The notes below the pieces were generated by a model. It saw nothing but the letters and a program-made list of their open reading frames with translations. It had not been told where the DNA came from and did not search any database. DNA of 64,000 nt from assembly GCA_965231005.1 (NCBI GenBank), contig OZ246405.1, forward strand, positions 1,095,829 through 1,159,828, written 5' to 3'. A program made the translations under genes and the position numbers. The first letter of the stretch is position 1; each line of letters opens with the position of its first letter. The DNA is from an uncultured Gammaproteobacteria bacterium (GTDB lineage: Bacteria > Patescibacteriota > Patescibacteriia > Magasanikbacterales > UBA922). Of the stretch, positions 18,485-26,327 are shown piece by piece.

Positions 18485-20728
18485 ATGAGCCATCTTGAGT
18501 TACAAGAATTCTTCGTCGAAGGAGATAGCCAAAAAAAATCCCATGTCCTCCTTCATATAACTGAACCAAGCACACCTAAGGAATTAGAGCGTGGGTATTT
18601 TTTTGCGCTTGCAGAAATTAATAATGGAACATTTGAGCATATTGAGCATCTTCAGAACATGATTGATGATCTTGAATCTGGATTTTATGCAACAGAACAA
18701 GCAACCGGTATTGAAGCGTTTGAATCAACACTGGAATATATAAATAGACGTGGGCACACAATTTTGCAAGGAAAAAATTTGCAAGTTAATTGTCTCATCG
18801 GAATTATCAAAGATAACACGCTTGCATTTTCACACCACGGAGACATGCATGCACTTCTTTTCTACAGAGGTGCAAAAGATACGCAAACAATGGATATTTT
18901 AAAAGATGCAAAAAACGATGCAGGATCTGGACAATTATTTTCATCAATTTTACAAGGAAAATTAAACACTGGTGATTTCTTCTTCATTGGCTCTCCGTAT
19001 GTAGAAGAATTTTTTTCATACGATAGACTCCAAAAAATTATAACAAGTCGTTCTGTAAAGCAAAGTACAGCACATATAGAAAAAGTATTGTCAGATGTGC
19101 ATGCAGAATATTCTTTTGGCGGGATAGTATTCCGTGTTTTAGCAAAACAACAAACACAACTAAAAAAGACAGCTGGAAAAGATGCATCTGCAGCATCGTT
19201 AAACAAGCTCATAGATTCACGCAAAAAAACAGCTGAGACACTTTCTCCACCACTCTTAAAACATCTTACACAGAAAATAAAAGGTTCACGAAACAAGAAA
19301 ACAGAAAGAATACGAAGTAAAAAAAGTGCACCACAGCATAAACCTGAAAGACAGCAAAAAGGAAAAGTTGAAACAAATTACCGGTATAGAGATGACAACA
19401 TGCCTGGACAGTCTTTTCTCAATACACTCCTTATTGGACTTGGTAGGGCTATTGTTGCTGGAGGTGTTGGTGCATACAATCTCATTAAAAAAATATTCAT
19501 GACACTTGCAAAGGGACTTGTTGGATTGTTTATTATTATTACAAATAAAAACAATAGTAGAAATGATGTAATTCAAACAATGCGAAAGACATGGAAAAAG
19601 AAAAAGGGACAATTTGAAGATCTTCCTATGATGAGCAAGATGCTCTTTGTCGCAACAATCATTGCAGGAATCATATTCATCTTAAGTATAGGGGTATTAA
19701 AACTAAAAGAAAACTATCAAGCAAAAACTCAGGCAGACAAAAATCTTGTCCAGGCAGTTATTGATAAAAAGGATGCTGCCGAAGCAAGTCTAATATACAA
19801 TGATCAAGAAAAAGCATTTACTCTTTTGAACGAAGCAAAAGAATTAGTTCAAACACTTCCAACAAATAAGAAAGCAAAACGCGAACAAAAAGAAACACTT
19901 GAAAAACAAATAGAAGATCTCATGATCGCAATAAGAAAACTTGAAATGATCTCACCTCAAGTACTTGTAAATATTACTGAACAATATCCAAATGCAAAAA
20001 CAACTTACATAGCACAAATTGATAATACACTGGTTGCATACGGTCCAAATGATAATAAAACATATAGTGTTGATGCTACGTCTGGTGCGCTTCAGGCAGC
20101 AGACCATGTTGGCGCGATAAAACTTGGAAACGCTACCACACCAAAAGAACAAGATACCATTGTATTCTTAAATAAAGAAAATAGTGTTGCAACATACAAT
20201 AAAAGTACAAAAACAGTCAGTGCAAAAGATATTAGTTTTCCTCTAGAAAATGCTTCAATTGTTGATGGATTTGTCTATAATGTTCGGCTCTATACTGTTG
20301 ATACTACAAACAACCAAATCTACAAGCACAACAAAACACAAACTGGATATGACAGAGGAACAACATGGTTGAAACAAGATGCGGACTTGAGTGATGCAAC
20401 TTCTCTTGCAATTGATGGAGACATTTTTGTCCTCAAGAAAAATGGAGAAATATATAAATTTGCAAAAGGAAACCAAGAATCATTCTCTGTTGCTGGCCTA
20501 GATCCAAAACTTGATTCACCAACAGAGCTATTCGCATACAACGATATTGATTACTTATATATTCTTGAACCAACGCATAAGCGGGTTGTTGTATTAGATA
20601 AAGAAGGAAAATTAGTTAAACAATATTCCTCAGATGCATGGAAAAATCCAACAGGTCTTGTCGTGAAAGAAGCCGGAAATACAATTTATGTCCTTGATGA
20701 CAATAAAATTTATTCATTTTCTCTTTAA
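18485..20728 (+). CDS. large membrane protein with N-terminal PP2C-like region and C-terminal beta-propeller-like repeats
   Basis: Segment CLIGIIKDNTLAFSHHGDMHALLF resembles PP2C ...vGDSRayL region; hydrophobic TM segments around residues 310-410; repetitive NxxY/ W-containing C-terminal blades. Confidence 0.35.
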   Translation: MSHLELQEFFVEGDSQKKSHVLLHITEPSTPKELERGYFFALAEINNGTFEHIEHLQNMIDDLESGFYATEQATGIEAFESTLEYINRRGHTILQGKNLQVNCLIGIIKDNTLAFSHHGDMHALLFYRGAKDTQTMDILKDAKNDAGSGQLFSSILQGKLNTGDFFFIGSPYVEEFFSYDRLQKIITSRSVKQSTAHIEKVLSDVHAEYSFGGIVFRVLAKQQTQLKKTAGKDASAASLNKLIDSRKKTAETLSPPLLKHLTQKIKGSRNKKTERIRSKKSAPQHKPERQQKGKVETNYRYRDDNMPGQSFLNTLLIGLGRAIVAGGVGAYNLIKKIFMTLAKGLVGLFIIITNKNNSRNDVIQTMRKTWKKKKGQFEDLPMMSKMLFVATIIAGIIFILSIGVLKLKENYQAKTQADKNLVQAVIDKKDAAEASLIYNDQEKAFTLLNEAKELVQTLPTNKKAKREQKETLEKQIEDLMIAIRKLEMISPQVLVNITEQYPNAKTTYIAQIDNTLVAYGPNDNKTYSVDATSGALQAADHVGAIKLGNATTPKEQDTIVFLNKENSVATYNKSTKTVSAKDISFPLENASIVDGFVYNVRLYTVDTTNNQIYKHNKTQTGYDRGTTWLKQDADLSDATSLAIDGDIFVLKKNGEIYKFAKGNQESFSVAGLDPKLDSPTELFAYNDIDYLYILEPTHKRVVVLDKEGKLVKQYSSDAWKNPTGLVVKEAGNTIYVLDDNKIYSFSL

Positions 20729-20917
20729 TAAAAAATCCCCCTAAACTTTTATGCTACTTGCTCAAGGTAGTATAAAAAATGAGGAATAGGTGGGATTTTT
20801 TATTTCCATTTGGGTAGCTACGCAGATGTATTCCTCCCTCTGCAAGCAGAAAGGAGGAGATGGAGGGTAACATACCTCATTCAAAATGAATGAAATAGGC
20901 TACACCAGAAAGACACC

Positions 20918-22255
20918 CTACTTTACAACAAATGAAACAGAACCATGATAGTTGTATGTTCCATCTTTCAGACCGACAAAGAAATCAAAAAACCAGTTAC
21001 CTTTCTTGGCACTGTACAGCGCTGGCCAAAAATAGGCTTGTTTCCATCCAGAGGCAAGGTCAATATGATTCCACCCAGTTGTCCATTCCCATTGATATGT
21101 CCCGTTTCGGTATGTTCTAATGCGAAAACGGTGATGTGCCCAGACATTGGTAATTTTCAAAAGAGAAAATACTGTCTCCCCCTCCTTGAATTCGTATGTT
21201 TCTCCGTTACACCAAAAGTTCCAATGTGGGTCTGGTCCACCAATTCCTTTGCACAATTTCACTCCTGAAAAGATGTATGGCTTTTTCGGACCGTCCTTTA
21301 CTTTCACCTCAAACGAGACACTATCGAGATAGTGGTATGATTGCTCATCAAATCCAACAAACAATTTAAACACCCACTTCCCTGCATGCGCATCGAACAA
21401 ACGAGGCCAGAATTGTGCATGTCGCCAACCAGAAATTGAATCAACCTTGTTCCAATCTGTAACATGATACCACTGAAATTTACCGTTCTTGTATGCTTCA
21501 ACTTTGAATCTATGACTGAGCCAGACTTCTTTCAGCGTTGCAAGAACCGTAACATCTGAATGTGGTTCAAATGTTTTTTTAGGATCTTTGCATTTTTGCA
21601 TCCAGTTTGTTTCTTTTCCACCGGCCAACTGTGTGCAGACTGCTGCCCCAACATAGGTGAATAGTGGCGTACTGTGTGCATAAATAAAATCCGAAGGATC
21701 TGTGTATTTATGAATCACGCCACTCTTGTACGAATATCCTGATCCAGGATACTGTTCAGTTGTAGCATCCACTCGAATTTCAAAATGCAGATGTGCTTTT
21801 CCCTTGTATATACCGTTTGCATCACCAATTTCACCAATCTTCTGTCTTTTTTTGACGATACTTCCAGCTTGCACAAACATGTTGCGCAAATGTGCGTACA
21901 GTGAGTTGATGAGACTCCCATTTTTCATCCTGTGATGGATAATGACGACATTCCCCCACTTTCCGTTCATATTCTTGGCAAAGACCACTTTTCCATGACC
22001 GATTGCGAAAACAGGGTCACCCAGGTCAGAACTTCCCCCACCAATACCATTCCAGTCTTCACCGAGATGGTACCCTCCATATGATGTGTTCAGTTCATGA
22101 AATCCCTGCGCGTTGTAGTATCCGACAGGATGCTGACACTGCGTGCCAACAGGAAAACAGAAATCCTCTGCAGTTGGATATTTCTCTTCAGCATCTGTGA
22201 CAGAAGAAATACCCAAGGTAATAAGAGTCGACAATACAATAGTAATGAATCGCAT
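20918..22255 (-). CDS. secreted M23 family metallopeptidase with duplicated C-terminal domain
   Basis: Signal peptide MRFITIVLSTLITLGISS; HxxxD ... HLHFE LytM-type motifs; two about 75-aa internal repeats (…HRFKVEAYKNGKFQWYHVTDWNKVD… / …HRFRIRTYRNGTYQWEWTTGWNHID…). ORF extends to 22300. Confidence 0.7.
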   Translation of the reverse strand: MRFITIVLSTLITLGISSVTDAEEKYPTAEDFCFPVGTQCQHPVGYYNAQGFHELNTSYGGYHLGEDWNGIGGGSSDLGDPVFAIGHGKVVFAKNMNGKWGNVVIIHHRMKNGSLINSLYAHLRNMFVQAGSIVKKRQKIGEIGDANGIYKGKAHLHFEIRVDATTEQYPGSGYSYKSGVIHKYTDPSDFIYAHSTPLFTYVGAAVCTQLAGGKETNWMQKCKDPKKTFEPHSDVTVLATLKEVWLSHRFKVEAYKNGKFQWYHVTDWNKVDSISGWRHAQFWPRLFDAHAGKWVFKLFVGFDEQSYHYLDSVSFEVKVKDGPKKPYIFSGVKLCKGIGGPDPHWNFWCNGETYEFKEGETVFSLLKITNVWAHHRFRIRTYRNGTYQWEWTTGWNHIDLASGWKQAYFWPALYSAKKGNWFFDFFVGLKDGTYNYHGSVSFVVK

Positions 22256-22431
22256 GACCTCTCCTTGCGATCTGTGTTGTAAAAAACATGAGGAGAACAA
22301 TATCTCCCCTCCTTGCCCATGACAGACCCTCCAAACAAGAAACGAAGATAATGAAAGTATGTGAACTGTAAAAAAAATTTATTGAAAGGTCAAATGAATG
22401 AGCAAAAAACGTACAAAATTAAACAAAAACA

Positions 22432-22460
22432 AAAATACCCTCATTTTTTGAGGGTATTTT
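22432..22460. terminator. rho-independent terminator hairpin downstream of rplL
   Basis: aaaataccctca-ttttt-tgagggtatttt, 12-bp perfect stem flanked by A/T runs on both sides. Confidence 0.6.
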
Positions 22461-22475
22461 GTTGATTGAAAACGA

Positions 22476-22928
22476 TTATTTCAATTCTACTTTTCCACCT
22501 GCTTCTTCAATTTGCTTTTTCAATTCTTCTGCTTCTGCTTTTGCAACACCTTCTTTAATTGTTGCAGGAGCTCCGTCTACCAATGCTTTTGCATCTGCAA
22601 GACCAAGACCTGTTGCAGCTTTTACAGCTTTGATAACAGCAATCTTATTGCCACCAACATCTGTAAGTTCAACATTGAATTCTGACTTCTCTTCTGCTGC
22701 ACCAGCGTCTCCACCAGCTGCAGCACCAGGAGCTGCCATCATCATTGCAGGAGCAGCTGCGCTTACTCCAAATTTGTCTTCAAGAATTGAAACCAATTCT
22801 GAAAGATCAAGTACTGACATTTTTTCAATCTCTTCTACAAGAGACTTGAATTTTGCAGGGACTTCTACGTCCTTTTTTTCTTCTTTTGCAGGAGCTTCTG
22901 CTACTGCTGTTGCTTGTTCTTCTGACAT
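22476..22928 (-). CDS. rplL: 50S ribosomal protein L7/L12
   Basis: 150 aa; Ala-rich hinge and C-terminal ...[26 protein letters not shown]...[19 protein letters not shown]. Confidence 0.9.
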   Translation of the reverse strand: MSEEQATAVAEAPAKEEKKDVEVPAKFKSLVEEIEKMSVLDLSELVSILEDKFGVSAAAPAMMMAAPGAAAGGDAGAAEEKSEFNVELTDVGGNKIAVIKAVKAATGLGLADAKALVDGAPATIKEGVAKAEAEELKKQIEEAGGKVELK

Positions 22929-22937
22929 AGTAATAAT

Positions 22938-23465
22938 TTATGCTTCTGATTTAGAATCTTTAACTGCGTTCAAAACAGTAACCAATCCACGCAAGTTACC
23001 AGCAAGTACATTTACAAATCCAGAAACTGGAGCGTTCAATGTACCTACAAGCTGTCCAAGTAACTGTTGTTTGCTTGGAAGCGCAGAAAGTTGTTTGACC
23101 TTTGCTGCATCAATGAAGTCTCCTTCGAGAACTCCACCAAAAATGGAAACAACTTCGTGGTCTTTTGCAAAGTCTGCAACAACTTGCGCTGCAGCAACTT
23201 CGTCACCCATTCCAAAGAATGTAGCAACACCACCTTCAAATGCTTTTGTGTCAACATCGATATCAACATTTTTTAATGCTTGGCGGATAAGAGTTTTCTT
23301 TGTAGCCAAACATGCAATGTCTTGTTCACGACATTTTGCACGAAGCTCTTCTGTTTCTTGAACAGTAAGACCTTGAAAGTTTGCAAAGACAGCTGATTTT
23401 GCTTCTTTCAGCTGAGTAGTCAAATCTTGAACTTGTTGTTCTTTTTGTAGGCGTGTTTTTGCCAT
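22938..23465 (-). CDS. rplJ: 50S ribosomal protein L10
   Basis: 175 aa; adjacent upstream of rplL in canonical order; L10-like sequence. Confidence 0.85.
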   Translation of the reverse strand: MAKTRLQKEQQVQDLTTQLKEAKSAVFANFQGLTVQETEELRAKCREQDIACLATKKTLIRQALKNVDIDVDTKAFEGGVATFFGMGDEVAAAQVVADFAKDHEVVSIFGGVLEGDFIDAAKVKQLSALPSKQQLLGQLVGTLNAPVSGFVNVLAGNLRGLVTVLNAVKDSKSEA

Positions 23466-23650
23466 AATATTTCAAACAAAAAATCTGTGGATACCACAGA
23501 CATACGAGCTTCTCACGACCTTGAGGTAGTCTTGCGACTACGAGATATGCCTCGGCAGGATATTAAGTCTTTCAACCCCTGCTGTCTTTGGTATATGTTT
23601 GTGCGTACAGTGTAGCAGAGGTGCTTTCTTTTGTCAAGTGTCAACCATAA
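23466..23650 (-). promoter_or_regulatory. rplJ 5' leader / promoter region (possible L10 autoregulatory leader)
   Basis: About 185-nt untranslated region upstream of rplJ with GC-richer, hairpin-forming segments, unusually long for this genome; no covariance check possible. Confidence 0.25.
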
Positions 23651-23709
23651 GGAGTTGCAAATAAGCTTAACCTAGTAATATAATATGACTATTCATTAAG
23701 AATTTAATT

Positions 23710-23940
23710 ATGTGGCAAGAAAAACATAACAAATTAGAAAAAGAGTTTGAGTTTAATAATTTTGTAGAGTCAATCGATTTTCTCAATAAGATAACTCCCC
23801 TTGCAGAAGAAATGAACCATCATCCAGATGTTCTTATTTATGATTATAAAAAAGTCAAAATTTCACTTTCTACACATACTGAAAATAAGGTGACTGAAAA
23901 GGATCATGAACTTGCAAAAAAAATTGATAGATTGGCATAA
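23710..23940 (+). CDS. pterin-4a-carbinolamine dehydratase
   Basis: 76 aa; EEMNHHPDVLIYDYKKVKISLSTH fits the PCD/DCoH signature E-x3-H-H-P-x5-Y...H. Confidence 0.55.
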   Translation: MWQEKHNKLEKEFEFNNFVESIDFLNKITPLAEEMNHHPDVLIYDYKKVKISLSTHTENKVTEKDHELAKKIDRLA

Positions 23941-24006
23941 TCACCTTTACAAAAAGGCTAACTTGTGCTTTACTATGTCTACTATTTTTCAAAATTTTTG
24001 TGCTTT

Positions 24007-25071
24007 ATGAATAGAGAACACATGCGAGGAATTTTTGATCCCAAGGCCGATTCCGCTCTTTCTTTTAAAGAATTGCAAGAAAAAAAAGATCGGTATGGTC
24101 GCTTTGATGCTGCAAAAGAAATTCCTCGAATTACCGAAAATTTTTTTGGTGTTAAACCAAAATCATTTTCTATTCTCGAAGGTACAGAAAACATGATAGA
24201 CCACTTAATTTATGTAGCAACGATTGAAATTGACGAAAAAGAAGAAGAGGTGATTTTGAGAATCAATGCAGACTCACAAAGTAATCCATACATTCATGTT
24301 GAAGAGGCTCTTTTTAAAACCTGGTCTGAAAAAGGTATCGCCTCTCCAAAAATATTTTCTGCTACCACACGCGAGCAATCTGGACTTGAATACGATGTTA
24401 TGGTTATGCAGCGAGTTGGAACAATGAATCTAGAAGAGCATCTTTCAAAACATCCAGAACAAGCAGCTGAATGGGCAAAAAAAAGTGGAATGTTCCTTGC
24501 AAGCATTCACCAAGTTGAAGCTCCAGGATTTGGACATCTAGATTCTTCTGCTGCAAAAGAAGGACATTTAGAAGGACTTGAACCAACATGGAAAGATGCT
24601 GTACTTACACGAACAACTGAAACACTTGAATTCCTAGTTACAGAAGGATTTCTTTCTGAAGAAGAAAAAAAACAAATCGAGGAGCTATTAGATGAATATA
24701 AGGACTTGCTGAATATTGAGAAAGGCGTTACGCTTCATGGAGATTTTCATAATGCAAACATTGTCATTGATGACAAAAAAAATGAAATAGCTTCTGCAGT
24801 TGACCTTTCTCAGACGAAAATTGGAGATCCTATATTTGACCTTGCCTTTTATGCAACCTATTATGATGGAGATAATTTGGAAGCTTTTCTAAATGGATAT
24901 TTTGGAGGTACACACAGACCTGCAGATTTTGATAAAAAAATGGTATTATATGATCTACGAATCCAAATGAGTAAAGCAAAACTACGCAAACGATTTGGAT
25001 ATGATGCAAAAATTCAACGTGCTATTGAACGTATTCACTATGACATCAAACAACTACAACAAGGAATTTGA
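24007..25071 (+). CDS. phosphotransferase family protein (APH/choline-kinase-like kinase fold)
   Basis: HGDFHNANIVIDD Brenner motif and downstream DLS...GDPIFD; ORF extends to 23965. Confidence 0.5.
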   Translation: MNREHMRGIFDPKADSALSFKELQEKKDRYGRFDAAKEIPRITENFFGVKPKSFSILEGTENMIDHLIYVATIEIDEKEEEVILRINADSQSNPYIHVEEALFKTWSEKGIASPKIFSATTREQSGLEYDVMVMQRVGTMNLEEHLSKHPEQAAEWAKKSGMFLASIHQVEAPGFGHLDSSAAKEGHLEGLEPTWKDAVLTRTTETLEFLVTEGFLSEEEKKQIEELLDEYKDLLNIEKGVTLHGDFHNANIVIDDKKNEIASAVDLSQTKIGDPIFDLAFYATYYDGDNLEAFLNGYFGGTHRPADFDKKMVLYDLRIQMSKAKLRKRFGYDAKIQRAIERIHYDIKQLQQGI

Positions 25072-25894
25072 AATCGCAAAAGATATAATTAAAAAAGTGG
25101 GAGCTTTTTTAATTTCCAATCGTAACAACATTACTGTTGTTAATAGAAAAGAAGGTTTTCGATCTTTTGATTTTTCTACAAGTCAAGATCTAGCAGCAGA
25201 AAAGATGATCGTTGATGCAATACACAAAACATTCCCAAACGACCAGATTCTATCAGAAGAGACATTGTTTGAGACTGATATGACTCAAGATCGCTTTTGG
25301 ATTATTGATCCAATTGACGGGACAAAAAGATATGCAAATGGAAGTGATGTTTACTTTGTCTCAATCTCTCTGTGCATAAACCATGTAATTGAATTTTCCG
25401 TAGTGTATAGACCGTCATGTGATGAATTGATTTCAAGCAGAAAAGATCTTGGTGTTACAAAAAATGGTGAAAAAATTATCTTGATGAACAAAGACCAGAA
25501 AATAAAAGACAGTTTGATTCATTTTGGATATCCGCATCATAGGTCAAAACAAGTCACTTCAATTTACCATACAATGAAAGATAAAATACTCCACGCATCA
25601 AGAGATACGCTTCGTTCTGCTTGTGCTGTATTTGACACTGTTGAACTCGCTGCCGGAGCAGCTGGCGCACATATACTTCCTGATACAAAGCTCTGGGATG
25701 CTGCCTTTGGCATTTCATCAGCAAAGGAGCAGGGATTAATAATTTCAGATCCATTTGGAAAACCACTCGATCCATTTAGAACAGTAAATGGAGAATCAAA
25801 CTTTGATGTAATATTTGCCAAACCACAGATCCACAAACCACTTATTGAAATCACGTCAAAATACTTTGAACAACTGAAAGACCTAAAACCTTGA
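25040..25894 (+). CDS. inositol monophosphatase family protein
   Basis: WIIDPIDGTKRY motif; ORF extends to 24995. Confidence 0.6.
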   Translation: MTSNNYNKEFEIAKDIIKKVGAFLISNRNNITVVNRKEGFRSFDFSTSQDLAAEKMIVDAIHKTFPNDQILSEETLFETDMTQDRFWIIDPIDGTKRYANGSDVYFVSISLCINHVIEFSVVYRPSCDELISSRKDLGVTKNGEKIILMNKDQKIKDSLIHFGYPHHRSKQVTSIYHTMKDKILHASRDTLRSACAVFDTVELAAGAAGAHILPDTKLWDAAFGISSAKEQGLIISDPFGKPLDPFRTVNGESNFDVIFAKPQIHKPLIEITSKYFEQLKDLKP

Positions 25895-26021
25895 CGAAAT
25901 GAGAAGAATCTTATATACTCTTCTCGTGTTAATTGTTAATAGTTAACTGTTAACTGTTGTTAATGGCTCGTTTCCGCCTACGTTCATCTCTATGCTTGCT
26001 TCGCTTCGCATAGGTTCACTT

Positions 26022-26083
26022 TGGCGGACACGCGTCTAGTGGTCTGCGGATGACTTCCTTGCGAAACATCCTGGCGACAGTAC
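26022..26083 (+). pseudogene. degenerate partial copy of tRNA-Glu (D-arm and anticodon-arm segments only)
   Basis: Shares gtctagtggt (26034-26043) and catcctggcgacag (26067-26080) with the tRNA-Glu immediately downstream, in same order; no T-arm or acceptor. Confidence 0.35.
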
Positions 26084-26090
26084 AATTTAT

Positions 26091-26165
26091 GGCCCGTTCG
26101 TCTAGTGGTTAGGACACCAGGTTTTCATCCTGGCGACAGGGGTTCGATTCCCCTACGGGCTGCCA
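26091..26165 (+). tRNA. tRNA-Glu (anticodon TTC)
   Basis: 75 nt GGCCCGTTCGTCTAGTGGTTAGGACACCAGGTTTTCATCCTGGCGACAGGGGTTCGATTCCCCTACGGGCTGCCA; 7-bp acceptor stem (one G-U), anticodon stem CCAGG/CCTGG with loop TTTTCAT, T-loop TTCGATT, encoded CCA. Confidence 0.8.
26148..26163. repeat. attL-like 16-bp direct repeat (3' end of tRNA-Glu) ttcccctacgggctgc
   Basis: Exact 16-mer repeated at 32024-32039; 18-mer with 1 mismatch at 32107-32124. Confidence 0.6.
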
Positions 26166-26190
26166 AGAAGGAACAGATAGAACTCTGAGC

Positions 26191-26215
26191 AGCCGCGCAG
26201 CAAAGCGCGGTTTTT
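26191..26215 (+). terminator. terminator-like GC hairpin after tRNA-Glu
   Basis: gccgcgc-agcaaa-gcgcgg followed by ttttt. Confidence 0.4.
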
Positions 26216-26290
26216 GGTTCCAGCTACACTCTTGCTCCCGGTAACCGCACGTTAGAACTCTGGCAGCCGACACCAGACATGCGATCGCCC

Positions 26291-26320
26291 TTGACAAGGT
26301 TGCACAAGGTTGGCTATACT
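26291..26320 (+). promoter_or_regulatory. sigma70-like promoter for island cargo operon
   Basis: TTGACA (26291-26296), 18-nt spacer, TATACT (26315-26320), about 8 nt before ATG at 26328. Confidence 0.5.
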
Positions 26321-26327
26321 TGCGGGC

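Noticed and set aside
22459-23361. 300-aa Ala/Ser-rich plus-strand ORF
   Set aside because: It is antisense to rplL/rplJ, and the composition is the complement of the ribosomal-protein codon bias.
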